Positions 13,288 through 25,835 of a stretch of 64,000 nucleotides of DNA are shown here, piece by piece. Made by a program: the position numbers and the translations under genes. The notes under the pieces are model-generated. The model had not been told where the DNA came from, searched no databases, and was given only the letters and a program-made list of their open reading frames with translations. This stretch comes from Nemertoderma westbladi (taxonomy: Eukaryota > Animalia > Xenacoelomorpha). Each line of letters opens with the position of its first letter. The stretch's first letter is position 1. The stretch is taken from positions 20,717 through 84,716 of the forward strand of contig JAUCBJ010008748.1 in the NCBI GenBank assembly GCA_032718475.1. Direction: 5' to 3'.

Positions 13288-13632
13288 ACTACTACTACTA
13301 CTACTATACTACTACTAGGATCGGCATGCTGCATTGCAGCTGCATTTTTAAGAATGATGTGCCGGCTTGTCGACAAAATTGCGCCGCCACAACTCCCTAT
13401 CACCATGACATTTGATCGATCATCCGCAACTTCAAGGCCAGTTTCCTTTAAGATGCGTCTCAAGAAAGTCATGGGCTGTCCAGGTCCACCATGCTTATTC
13501 ACTACATGAGGCTGCCAAAGTACAAGATTTAATGCACTGGCTGCTCCTCACGGCGAAAGCAATGTCCTGCAAAGCGGAGGCGATATTGTTCTAGTGTCAA
13601 GCTTGGGGGAACCAATGAGACACCTATGTTAT
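13288..13632 (-). mobile_element. RTE LINE 3' fragment, inverted
   Basis: (CTA)n tail followed by the reverse complement of the LINE 3' end (KHGG..QPMTFLRRILK). Confidence 0.85.
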
Positions 13633-13887
13633 CGGATAAATAATGTCATATTTATTAAGACAACAAAAAAGTACAGGTCAGGCTATAGAAGCAATTTATA
13701 TGATCTTTTCTTCTAGTAAAATAAAGTTTTTGTTTACATAAGGTTCACATTACGTACGCTAAATAAGAAAATAAATATTATTCTAAACACCGTAAAAGCC
13801 CCACAATGGAGGAAAAAAATTGGATACTGATTATTAAATCTTGCAATGTAACAGTAACGAGAAACAATTCAAATAAATATAAATACT

Positions 13888-14296
13888 ACTGTTTGTATAG
13901 AATACCAAGTTATTGATACACATTAATAATTACATTAATAATAATTACTGCTGTATGTATAGAATACCAAGTTATTGATACACATTAATAATAATTACTG
14001 CTGTATGTATAGAATACCAAGTTATTGATACACATTAATAATAATTACTGCTGTATGTATAGAATACCAAGTTATTGATACACATTAATAATAATTACTG
14101 CTGTATGTATAGAATACCAAGTTATTGATACACATTAATAATAATTACTGCTGTATGTATAGAATACCAAGTTATTGATACACATTAATAATAATTACTG
14201 CTGTATAGAATACCAAGTTATTGATACACATTAATAATAATTACTGCTGTATGTATAGAATACCAAGTTATTGATACACATTAATAATAATTACTG
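13888..14296. repeat. 50-bp minisatellite, about 8 copies
   Basis: CTGTATGTATAGAATACCAAGTTATTGATACACATTAATAATAATTACTG repeated at 13951, 14001, 14051, 14101 and 14151, with variant units on either side. Confidence 0.95.
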
Positions 14297-14912
14297 CCAA
14301 CTACCAAATTAATTAAAACTGAAAGTAAACCATTACAGAGAAGGAGTAAATCAACAAATCACATTAATTTATCTTTTGAACGGTGTATCACAATTTTTAC
14401 ATTTTATAAATCACGAGATATTCAAAATTAAAATGAGTGGAAATGAAATTTAAGGCCTTTAATCAAAATCAGTTGAGATACTCGTTCGTGGGGCCTTCGC
14501 GCAGCATGAGAGCTTATATTAGAAAGTACATTATACTAAAATCTCTTTCATATATACGAAAAAAATATGAGCAAAGGCGAAGCCTCAGTTTGTGATAAAC
14601 TAGTTGTAAAAAGATAGATCCATTTCAGTTTGCCCTTATAAACTTTAACTGTCATTTGTAAACCTTCTAACTAGGGCTATTTAAGTTAAGTAGGACATTT
14701 TTAGTTTTACAATACTCTTCTCCTTCATTAGCCTTGTTGCGCTCGTCCTGTTTTGTCTTAAAATAATTTTCCTAAAGGGAGACTAAAGACCTTTATAACT
14801 ATTTAACTTTAACTATAAAAACCTTTCTAACTCGAAACCGTGAGAGTGATTTATGCTGATTTTGGCAGATGTATACTCGTATCCACTGTACACTCGTTGC
14901 GTTCGTCGCGTT

Positions 14913-14998
14913 GACGACGACGACAACGACGACGACGACGATGACGCCGACAACGACGATGACGACGACGACGACGAAAAAACAAACAAACAAACAAC
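14913..14998. repeat. (GAC)n then (AAAC)n microsatellite
   Basis: Directly visible. Confidence 0.9.
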
Positions 14999-15076
14999 AG
15001 CCAAACAGCAGTGACCATCTATAGCTGTCTTTACAGTAATAAATTAATTAATGGGCCTACTTGTGAGAGAGGTATA

Positions 15077-16528
15077 AGGGGTAACGAGGTGCCCTGAATC
15101 GAGTGGCGGGGTGTGTTTTAAATAAAATCACGAGGAAACGTTCGAAATGGTTGGTTTAAAAGCGCGGGAAGTCAAAATGATTTTGAAAAACGGCTGTGAT
15201 TAGCTTCTACATATTTGACGTCACTACACAGTGCTCAGACAATTTCTTATATTGTTTTCTATGGAGGGTGATTTTGGATCCATTCAAATATACATTTAAT
15301 CTCAATCATTTCATCACATGTGAAAACAGAGTGTCTTGCGCGTATTTTAGCACTACAATTAATTAAATTCATGATGATGAAAATAATATTGATAAAATGA
15401 ATCAATTCACAATTATAAACTCGCAGTTTGCCTGACCGGTATGCAAATAGTACTGAACCACTCAGCCCTATCCACCTATTGCATTGCAGTATCTTAGTAT
15501 TGCTGTATTGCAGCTTTAAGTTCATTAAGTTGAAATGTGTACCGGTCACCAGTAGCGTAAGAGTTGTACAGCGGTAGGTTTACTCAACGTTATGAACTTA
15601 GGCAACAATAAAGCAATAGGCCTACTCCGATACTGCAATGCAATAGGTGGCTAGGGCTGAGTTGATTAGTTCTTGCATACAGGGTCAGGCAATCTACCAA
15701 GTGTGCAAAATTGCAAACAGTATTATTTATAATTGTTTGTAGTGTTAAAAGACGCGCTTGACTCTCCGATTTCAATTGATATAAGCCAGGTGAGAAATGA
15801 TTGTAGAGCGAAACATATCAAATTATTGATGAACTTGTAGTGACCTAACATCACGAATTATTGGGTCAACATGAGAGCGGGATATTCAAACACTACTGTA
15901 CTGCTGTACGATATACAGCTTACTGCGCTGTCAGATCAGTTATCATATCTGCATATGCAATTATATCTGTTATCAATGCTATAACTAATTATTAATGAAC
16001 GATCATTAAAAACTCATTAATTGACAATCATTAAACTCTAAACTTTAAACATTAAATATTGTTGAATGACCTTTAGTCAGTCAGCCTTTGCTTAAACTTT
16101 TGTGACGACTGGTATATATTATAGTTACATAGATATAACTTATGTAATCAATTTTGTAATATTAATTATACAATTTGTAAATTAAACATTTGTCTAAAGC
16201 TAAAATTATATTTCGAATTTATTTCACATATTGTTTTCTTAATTAATCTTAATCAATTGACTTTATTGTGCACAAAAATTATTGAACCTTACAAAGATGT
16301 AGATTAAATGTGTATTTAAATCGATCGAAAATCAACCCATAGAAAACTATATAAGAAATTATCTGAGCACAGCTAAGTGACGTGATGTCAAATATGTAAC
16401 AGCCAATCACAGCCGATTTTCAAAATTGGCTTCCCAGGCTTACTTAAACCCGCCATTTCGACCGATTCTTCATGTTTTTACAAAAATCACACACGCCGCC
16501 ACTCGATTCAGGGCACCTTGTCACCCCT
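15077..16528. mobile_element. Non-autonomous TIR DNA transposon, ~1.45 kb, with ~225-bp imperfect TIRs
   Basis: AGGGGTAACGAGGTGCCCTGAATCGAGTGGCGG at the left end and CCGCCACTCGATTCAGGGCACCTTGTCACCCCT at the right. Inverted similarity spans 15077-15302 vs 16301-16528; TA on both flanks. Confidence 0.85.
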
Positions 16529-17207
16529 TATTCGATTGTTTCTAGCCAGCCCAACAATTTCTTCGCGCACCAACCCTATTGATACCCTTGATCATCCGGA
16601 CGTGACCGGACAATTGCCGATTTTATTAGTTGTAGTTAGTGGATCGGCCCATATTAAACCTAATCCATCATGTCTGTCCCCTTCCATACTACTACACTTG
16701 TACCGAAAGTCTAATATCTATAATATTACAAGTTTACAAGTTTACAAAGTTTACAAAATTACAAGTAGTCCAAGTAAAATTTTCGGCTAATTGTTTTAAT
16801 ACAATGTTCAATACAGGTTTTCTGGTGCGTAAAATTCATTGTAAGATATTTAGAAATAATCTGATTTGTATAAATGGCTGTTTTAGTCCTCTACGTAGGC
16901 AAAAAATGAAAAAAACAGGTATCCAGCACTTTTCAGTTTGAACACAAAATTATTTATTCACTTATACGATGCTATAAATTCCAATTTTTAGGTTTTCTGG
17001 GGCGCTGATTCTAATGGAAACATTTCTCATTTTCCAGAGCATTACTACTCCTATTTTTCGGTGTAATATGGTAAATTTTGTTTCTAGCACCATATTTCGT
17101 ACCCATCACCAAAAATGTACACGATTGAGATGTCCAGTGCGGTTTTTATTGATTCCATCGGATTAACGACCCTCATAAACCCGTATAACGCAAGAAACAA
17201 GATGATA

Positions 17208-19333
17208 CTATCTTTTGATCAATTTGCTTATTTCCAAAAATTTGGTGCTGTCACAACAATTGAAACCCTGAAACCATTCATTTAGCTCAAATTCTTCAGA
17301 GTCCAATGTTTCAGTTTCGGGTTTCTCCTCCAAAGTATCGCGATAATTTACTCTAAGCACATTTATACGCTTATTCATATCTATAAAATGGTTACGAATT
17401 ACCTGCAACTTATCATATAGGGATGTCAGAGTTCTAAACTGTCTCTCTTTGGTCGCTATACTCACCAACTTATGTAAATTGATTGTTTGCAGGTGTAACA
17501 GCTGATCATTATTCATCCAGCATTCCGGCTAAATCTGCCGGCTCATGGGTTCCACTGTCTAGGCATTTGGTTAATTTATTTGTCGCCTTGGTTACCTTAC
17601 CCATGTAACCAACCACCTGCACTTTTTTTAATTGTAGGATGCCTCAAGGATGTGTTACTATCGTCACTGCTGTCAGCATCAGGGATTTCATCATCAGGGT
17701 GTCGAGCAGCACCCTGAACTATAAACCCAGAAGCAGGGACGATACCTACTGTCTGTGTGGTAGGGGCACTAATAGTCTCAATTACGTCAGGTGTGGTGAC
17801 GTTTAATTGCTAACTGGACTCGTCAGCAGTCTCACATTGTTCTGTTACCGGAACGTCGGTATTTGTTGTTTGACTCATTTTCGGAATTTTATCTTTTATA
17901 TTGATTAAAATTTTTTAATTTAAATTTTAATTCAATTTAACGAAATTCCTTGCTTGTTGTAATAGTTTACAAATTATTACACCAATTTAATTGTGAATTC
18001 AAATAAAACAAACTTTCACAACTCAATTAATTTCTAATTATCTTATATTTTATTTATTTCATAAAATATAGCCTTGGCTCGACTTTATGAGACCCTGGAT
18101 GGTGGGACAATAAGATACAACAAAGGAAAGTAATTTAAAATTGTACTTAAAAAATTACACCAAATTTATTTTATATGCACAAGTGCCACAAATACTGTGC
18201 ATAAGTATTTTAACAAACCTTCAAACAGCCACAAATAAACTATAGATCCCACAAGCACAATCCTATCGACACTACGACCAACCTGGGATTGATGCTAACG
18301 ACGCCGTCCCACGTCCCAACCTCGTCAATGATCAGTTCACTTGCGTACCAAGTCAAACGTCCCCAGATCCCGGATTGGTTGTGGTGATGAAAGTGATGTT
18401 CCTGTAAGCTGTATTAGAGAATTAGATGGCTGTCTGGTAGATTTACCCTAAATTTATCCTGACAATTTCGACCGAAATATAAATTCTTAATTTCATTTAA
18501 ATCTTATAATGCAGCCCTTTTTGGCAATACAAACTTCCAAACTTGATACAAACTTCACTCAATGGCGGCGCTATAGCAACTCTGTGATTTATTTATTATT
18601 TTTTATTTTTTACATCGCAAATCAGCTAAGAATTGGCTAAAAAGATTTCGCTAAAGCACATTGCAGATTTATTAACATAATAACCACTGTTGAATACGTA
18701 TTAAAATTATCGCAATACGTATCAGTTTCGAAAGAAAACAAAACATTAAACCGGTCTATATAAAGCTCAACAAGGAAACTCCAGTTGGTGAGGAATCCCT
18801 GCTAATATTATCAACTTTATTAAAACAATTTACTAGCGTGATGGCCCCTTATCCACCACATATACTGCAAACTAAACTGCCGATAGGTAAGGGTTGTATC
18901 GAGTACAATTTGTAAACAAACAAAATATAAACACAATTTATCCTAAATTTTCCCGCTACAACAAATTCTCTATATTTCTATACACCGCACCGCTGTCGAC
19001 GGTAGTAAAGGAAGGAAATTATAACGCAATACTAAACCTGGTTATCTCGTGGATAAATTTGCCGATATTCTCGAATTTTTCGCTTCTACTCTGTAAAGTA
19101 ACTGTAAGAGTGTCAAACTAATGATTGTGAGAGATGATTAACACTATCTAAATACCCCAAATACATTTACTGCTGGACTGTGAATAATGCTGTAGCTGAA
19201 ACTTGGTATATAAGCTTACTCAACCCAAACAAAAGGTCAAAATAAATAAAGATGATATGAAATGAATGTTAGTATCCCAATAAGACCCAAACCTAAGTCA
19301 AAACAATGAGCGCTGATACCAAATATATCTACA
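17208..19333 (-). mobile_element. Degenerate LTR retrotransposon fragment (putative LTR ~19333-18088 plus decayed gag N-terminus), BEL-like
   Basis: On the minus strand a purine tract AAAGGAGGGAGAG precedes TGTAG at 19333. A CA end near 18088 is followed by TAAAGTCGAGCC, then a stop-riddled frame from an ATG at ~17878 into helical ORF 17516-17208. Confidence 0.45.
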
Positions 19334-19449
19334 CTCTCCCTCCTTTGCACTTCCGTGCTGCCTGTGTGGTTATTATGATGGGGTATCCCGGTTCAATTTG
19401 GCCCAAAACCCAAGTACAGGAAATAGTTAAAGCACCAGTTAACCTAATA

Positions 19450-19700
19450 GAATTGTGTCCATAGCTTTCCCTTACTCTTTTCGAATGTGTTGTTTGTTGG
19501 TATCAATTCACATTCTTCCATTAGGTCTAAGAGTAAGTACCCATTTCTGTTAGAACTGGTATAGGTGTAACCCTTGATGTTTTCTGGGCCAATTTGCGCA
19601 TTCAGGTCACCAGCAATGACTTTAACATTGTGTTTCGGGATGTCCTTAATAAGTCCAGTCAGTTCTTCATAAAACTTGACTGCTTGTTCTGGCTCTGATA
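19450..19700 (-). mobile_element. LINE (RTE-like) AP-endonuclease fragment
   Basis: Minus-strand translation FYEELTGLIKDIPKHNVKVIAGDLNAQIG...NRNGYLLLDL...NNTFEK...LWT. Confidence 0.8.
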
Positions 19701-19836
19701 CTTAATACATAATTACATAATTAATGTATGTACAATAAAAATAAAATAAAAACAGTTGGTTTTTTATATTTTTAAGTCCAACACCTAAATGAACGTATCT
19801 TTATATAGGCCTAATCTATAAAAAGTATTAATTATT

Positions 19837-20122
19837 TTAATTGTAATATTCTTCATCACAGCAGCCAGTGGCGCATTCTATTGATTGTATCGCATTCGGT
19901 GTTAGGTAGATTGGCTGCTACGTATTCAGGTAGACACATCGGTATTAATGACGTTGGAAGTGTGAATACTGAAGCCAAGTCGTGGATTTTTGGAACTGGA
20001 ATATGACGCAGCGTCAACGTGTATTGTTACCAAGCTAGCAATTTGGCGAAAGTAATTCAGTTTTTGATTGGCTGGCTACTACAGCTGTGTCAGGGAGTCC
20101 GCCGCCGTAGTCTAAGGTCGAA
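19837..20122 (-). pseudogene. Decayed exon of a second Ly6/uPAR-like paralog
   Basis: Minus strand reads LPTSLIPMCLPEYVAANLPNTECDTI, then after a frameshift ECATGCCDEEYYN*. Paralogous to 21980-22184; DYGGGLP upstream matches DHHGGIP. Confidence 0.55.
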
Positions 20123-20267
20123 GTGATAAAATTGTTATAGATTATCATCATTCGAATACAATAAATTATAAATTAATGTGTAAATTTACACAGTGTCGTG
20201 CGGGCGCACAGGCAAACACAAAAGCAAAACATCAGGGCGTACTCAGGGCGAAATTTGGGTGGAAACT

Positions 20268-21087
20268 TGAATTAACAGAAAGATGGTATCCCCCCTGAGT
20301 ACTTTAAAGTACAACGTACAAGTACACGTACAAGTACAAGTCAACTGCTCCTCAGCTTATTGGAACAGGCTGATTCCAGTGTTGGTCTTTTTTAACTCAA
20401 AAAGTACCAATATTCTGACAGTTAACTTCGACAGTAGTCCTCAGGATATGCCTCATTGTTTAAGCATAAGCTCAAAGCATTGAATATGATTGAACATGAA
20501 CAACATCTGTTATCTGGGAACATGGATCCTGAAGTCAGGTGAGGACCTTCGCATACGTAAGGGAAAGGAATAGGCAGCAATGAATTGGCTTTCAGGGGTT
20601 TGGAAGTCACACAGAATTCATCGGAAACGTAAGGTCCGATTATTTAGAGCAGCAGTAGTTCCAGTACTCCTCTATGGGAGTCCATGCTAGGCTCTAACTG
20701 ATGAGGACACCAAATCTTTGGATGGCACATTCACAATGATGCTACGCCGGGTTCATTGTGTCCAGTACAATGCAAACATCTCCAACCAGACTCTATATAA
20801 CATTGGAGGTGTCTCATTGTTTCCCCCAAGCTTGACACTAGAACAAAGTCGCCTCCGCTTTGCAGGACATTGCTTTCGACATGAAGACCAGCCAGTGCAT
20901 AATCTTGTGCTTTGACAGCCAAGTGGAGTGAATAAGCATGGTGGACAGCCCATGACTTTCTTGAGACGCATCTTAAAGGACACTGGCCTTAAAGATGCGG
21001 ATGATCTAGCAAATGTCATGGGTGATAGGGAGTTGTTGAGGCGCAATTTTGTCGACAAGCCGGCACAGCATTCTTAAAAATGCAGCA
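20268..21087 (+). mobile_element. RTE LINE fragment, copy 3 (inside the duplication)
   Basis: Near-identical to 10033-10832, with premature stops. Confidence 0.9.
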
Positions 21088-21979
21088 TTGTATAACATTG
21101 GACGATTCAATGGCAAATGCCATTGAATATTTAATGCCGATTTTTAAATTTTAATGGCAAAACTGAACTACACAAACATTGAATATATACAATTGCTTTG
21201 ATATGTTGTGGCACATAGACGCAGTGTTCAATCAACTAACCTTGTAGTAAAGGACATATCTTCCATGCTGCAATCTCGCCTCGTTGCATATATTGACCCA
21301 CCAAACTTCAAAAAAAACATGTTGATGATTGAGGATCCCCTCCAAAAATTAGGAGAATGAAATATGGAATGAGAAACGCGCCTGAAAATATAAACTATTA
21401 ACATTGGAGGTGTCTCATTGGTTCTCCCAAGCTTGACACTTGAACAAAGCCGCCTCCGCTTTGCAGGATATCACTTTCTCCATGAGGATAAACCTAAGCA
21501 CAATCTTGTGATTTGGCTGCCCCATGGGGAAGTAAACCACCTATTCTAAAGTATTTGTAATGACATAACAATGATAAACACATTACTTCAAATTATTATT
21601 TCGGTAATAATAACACTTCAATTTAACAAATAAATCACTTAATTAATGTACAATAAATATACTAATTTATTATCCTTCCCATCTCTAGATATAGTTTATC
21701 GACGTCACAGGTAGCATTCACCCGTTAAATAAGTGATTTTCGAACCAGCGATAGATACCTGTAAGGCGTACTTTATTAATTGCCAAATGAAATAATATAT
21801 TTAAGAGAAAATATATTTGAATTATTGTTTTTTTAAGAAGATAGTATATAATGTAGTTGTATATACTTTACTCAGGCAAATAGTTAGTTGTTTTTTAGAC
21901 CTTTTTATTATTTTTAAATTCCATCACCTAACATTCAAAAAGAAAGTAGATAGTCCTAGTCTATTTGAAGAATTAATTT

Positions 21980-22184
21980 TTAGTTGCAAAGGTCTTCATC
22001 ACAGCAAGTTGTGCTACAAGAAGTGTCTTGGGGTACATTAAAGGCGCTTATTGCTGCAGCACAAATGTAGGTCTCTATTGTGTCGCATTCAGTGTCAGAT
22101 AGGTAATCTTCTGAGTCTTTAAGTAAATACATCGGCATTGTGGTTGGAGGGATTCCGCCATGGTGGTCTATGGTCGGTCATAGT
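21980..22184 (-). pseudogene. Last exon of a Ly6/uPAR (three-finger, LU-domain) gene, apparently secreted type; 4-bp frameshift
   Basis: After acceptor TTATTTCAG: TMT[+GACC]IDHHGGIPPTTMPMYLLKDSEDYLSDTECDTIETYICAAAISAFNVPQDTSCSTTCCDEDLCN*. This ends in the canonical CCxxDxCN motif. Confidence 0.65.
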
Positions 22185-22575
22185 CTGAAATAATAACATT
22201 GTCGTGCAATAAACCAACAGAAGAATACATTTCAAACACAAGAAATAAAATAAAAATAAACTAGAAAGCTATCAAGATTGCTTTAAAAGAAACTGCCTTT
22301 TGGGACTCTGAATAAGCGCTAACTTTCCCGAGTGCCAAACTCTTATAATAATAGATACGCATCCACTCGATCCGTGCATTCGAGGGACCATGTTTATCTT
22401 TAAGTGAAACCAATTTTTGTGACAATTCTGGTGATAATTAATTCACATTTAATGCACATTCTAAAAAGAACTAAAATATTAAAACGTTGTTCCTTTTTGT
22501 TGTTTCAGTTGGTTTTTATCGGAAGTTTATTGATTATAAAACAATATTATTAATTAATCTATATCTTTCATATTT

Positions 22576-22902
22576 ACTACTACTACTACTACTACGGCAT
22601 GCTGTATGCTGTATTGTAGCTGCATTTTTAAGAATGCTGTGCCGGCTTGTCGACAAAATTGCGCCGCCACAACTCCCTATCGCCCATGACATTTGCTAGA
22701 TCATCCGCATCTTCAAGGCCAGTGTCCTTTAAGATGCGTCTCAAGAAAGTCATGGGCTGTCCACCATGCTTATTCACTCCATGAGGCTGCCAAAGTACAA
22801 AATTTAATGCACTGGCTGGTCCTCACGGCGAAATGTTCTGCAAAGCGGAGGCGATATTGTTCTAGTGTCAAGCTTGCGGGAAAAAATGAGACACCTATGT
22901 TA
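22576..22902 (-). mobile_element. RTE LINE 3' fragment, inverted (duplicate of 13288-13632)
   Basis: (CTA)n tail and reverse complement of the LINE end. Confidence 0.85.
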
Positions 22903-23126
22903 TTGGATAAATAATATCATATTTATTAAGACAACAAAAAAGTACAGGTCAGGCTATAGAAAAAATTTATATGATATTTTCTTCTTGTAAAATAAAGTTT
23001 TTGTATACATAAGGTTCACATTACGTATGCTAAATAAGAAAATAAATATTATTTTAAACACCATAAAAGCCCCACAATGGAGGAAAAAAATTGGATACTG
23101 ATTATTAAATCTTGCAACGTAACAGT

Positions 23127-23746
23127 TGTAAGCGGATTCAATTCCGCCTCATTACCCACCAGAAAATGGGATGGTGGCATTTTCAGCAGTAATATTAATC
23201 TCGTATCACAACCAACATTTGAGGGGGGGGGGGGGGGGGGGCAACACAAGCCCCGAAGCCACACACAAAGGAAGGTTAGAGGTCAAACCACCTCGGAGGG
23301 GACACAGCTAGTAGAGGCTACCAGCAGAGGGGAAACACTCCCAAAGAGTGAAAGGGTGACAAGTAGGTTAGTAGCCAATAAGGGGGAGGAAAGCCCATGA
23401 TAGGGCATATAAGAGCATCCATTAGGTAACGGGCCAAGGTAGCGTAGGTGGTGAAGTAATATACAATATATCAATCATATATTACCTCCTGCTACCGGTC
23501 CGTGATTCAGTTTACTTAGTTTCTCGGTTAGTGCAGATCGGTATCAGTTGTTTACCTTCATCGTTTACTGATACAGCATACTGGTACACATCACATCTGT
23601 ACTTCTACCACGAGTTATTGTGCTATTGTTATTTTATGATATCAAAGAGACAACACAGGACTCTCATTGTTTTCATGCAACGGCCTCGGCCAAGTTATTT
23701 AGCACCATCCCAGCATCCCTGTGGTAGAGCAGTGACGTGTAAAACA
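23127..23746 (+). repeat. E4 5' LTR (3' boundary tentative)
   Basis: TGTAA start preceded by ACAGT (predicted TSD). TATA-like CATATAAG at ~23406. Candidate end GTAAAACA at 23746; gag ATG at 23832. Confidence 0.6.
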
Positions 23747-23831
23747 TCAACCCGGTCGGGATCTTCGATCCCGTCACAGTAAACAATTGCATAAAACCAC
23801 TAAACTGTGACTGCAGTAAAGTAAAGTAAAG

Positions 23832-24844
23832 ATGAGCCAAGGGGAACCCTGATTATCTGAGGGAGAGAGGACGCTGCCGCGGACCCCGGATGACACCAAC
23901 CAAACGATCCGCGAGGCCGCGACTAGACGGTATCGACCTGCGATGCCGGATTTGCCGACGAGGACGATCCAGTACCCCAAGCGGAGGGCGGAGGCCATCA
24001 ACCACGAGGGAGGGACGAGTCGACGCACGACGGCGGTCGGAGTACCGAAGTCGCCGGCCAGCCACATGCCGAGGGCAACGGATGGCCCACCGGAACGGCG
24101 ACGGTGGGGCCGCAGGTACGACGCCGAACGAGGAGAGGAGGAGGTGATGTTGGCGAAGAAGACGTCAGGACGAGCGATCGGCTACGACGGGCCTACAACG
24201 CCACGAAGAAACTATTAAAGGAGGCCAGAGAGGGAGGAAAGGTAAACCAGCCTAAGTTACACCAACAACTAGGTGAGTCGAACAAACATTTTCGGTATTT
24301 GGTCCGTTTTGGACAGGGAGAACTGGCGAGTGAGAGAGCGAGGGAGGTCGCCACCGAACTATTCGAACTGTGGCGATCCGGGGTTATGGAGCCTGAAGTA
24401 GTGTACGTAGGGCCGTACTTAGTGGATTCTAGGGGAATTAAGTTAGTGGGTTGGGCGGATCCGCACGAGGGCGAACCCGAGGCTAACCCCGAGGATTCGG
24501 TCTCGTCGGTTAGCGAGAACCCCAGAAAGCGGGGGAAAGTTAGTTGGACAGAAAGGCGACAGGACTCCGTCGCGACCGATAAGCCCGCTACATCCTCCGC
24601 AAAAGCAAGAAGGGTGTTAGAGATAGATCTGGCGTGTCAACTGGCCATGGTGGCGCTAGACCAGAAAGAATTAGAGAGGGAGTTAGATGAGGGAACTGCG
24701 CTGTTAGAGAAAGAGAGAGGACGAGGGAGTGTAGAGAGAGGGCCGAGAGGGTGGCGAGGAATTGTAGAGAGCAAGAAGAGAGAGAGACGAACGAGCGTAA
24801 AGAGCGAGAGGTGAAAGTAGAGAACGAGTGTAAAGAGCGAGAGG
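23832..24844 (+). pseudogene. gag: E4 gag N-terminal part, disrupted
   Basis: Overlapping broken frames 23943-24218 and 24104-24814; PEDSVSSVS motif typical of BEL gag, then a charged coiled-coil. Confidence 0.7.
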
Positions 24845-25195
24845 TGTCCTAAATTACAGATAATAATTATACTGTATTTAGGATTGAAGTAATATTTTAG
24901 TACCACATATTTTTTCTATACATATGGCTGACTGCTTGATTATATTCTTACTAACCAACTACAGAAGGACGTGTCGTTTCCTTGTTCTGCCTTTCAGTCA
25001 TTTTCATACAGTCATACACAGACTGTGTCTGTCTGTGTTATACTTACTGGTAATACCGTTAATTATTATGTACTGAACTATAATTATCATATTTACCTAA
25101 ATGCTAATCAGTTTATTATATATGTTATTATTAAGTAAGAAAGATTTTAATACAATGAAAAAACAGTTTTACAGAACCAGCCTGGATTTTGCACA
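24845..25195 (+). repeat. E2 5' LTR (351 bp)
   Basis: TGTCC...GCACA, matching 48991-49358. Confidence 0.95.
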
Positions 25196-25196
25196 T

Positions 25197-25209
25197 TGGT
25201 GCCTGGACC
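25197..25209 (+). promoter_or_regulatory. E2 primer binding site
   Basis: TGGTGCCTGGACC one nt after the LTR end; TGG is complementary to tRNA CCA. Primer tRNA not assigned. Confidence 0.7.
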
Positions 25210-25835
25210 ACTGTACTGCTGTAATGTTGGTGTACCTGTAACAGTGTAAAGCCAGAAAGCTGAAGATTGGGCATACCGGTACTAATTGACCAACAGCCTA
25301 CCGTTATCGTACCGTTTTGCGTAATTATAACCAGTCAGCCAGTGTGCCCGTGGTAATACTGAATACTGGACATTGGACTGTCGGATGGTAACCCTACAGC
25401 CCTATCTGTCATCTGTCTATTTATTTACCATCCATATGCTGAATGCTGGTATAAGACCAAACTGATGGAATCAAAGTCGGTACTTATTGTTGAAACTGTA
25501 CTACATTCTGGCATTACTGGTATTTCTTCTTGCCGCTCATTACTGGCTGCATAAACTGCAGTCTGGCAGTGAACTGAACTATAATGCTGCTACACCGGTA
25601 TCAAATTCTGAAGTTTACAAATTGCGAAATTTTAAATTCCTAAATTTATCACCATCTCTAACTATAATATACATACCGGTATGCATTGCAAAAGTGCCCT
25701 ACTGGAATAATGAATATTGAATACCGGTACGCAGTACCAGTATAATATAAATAATATTTTAATTTATAAACACAACGCAATTTACTGAGCCATTATCTGA
25801 TTATTATTCTGTGATATAGCCTAAACTAAATCTCA

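Larger units (their letters stand above)
9713..13855 (+). repeat. Local duplication, copy A
   Basis: Collinear with 19946-23126 from TAATGACGTTGGAAGTG to TTGCAAYGTAACAGT. Copy A has an extra ~1.1 kb (12069-13165) and a deletion near 11715. Confidence 0.9.
19946..23126 (+). repeat. Local duplication, copy B
   Basis: Collinear with 9713-13855; ends exactly where the E4 LTR begins. Confidence 0.9.

Noticed and set aside
13888-14296. CRISPR-like array
   Set aside because: Units are contiguous and identical with no unique spacers, there are no cas genes, and the context is eukaryotic.
14570-14604. Helitron 3' end (AGGCGAAGCCT hairpin, CTAG-T)
   Set aside because: Suggestive, but there is no 5' end or second copy to support it.
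14799-15004. Poly-Val and poly-Ser ORFs
   Set aside because: Translations of the (GAC)n microsatellite.
19310-19322. tRNA-iMet PBS (TGGTATCAG) on the minus strand
   Set aside because: It lies just inside the start of the putative LTR rather than after an LTR end.
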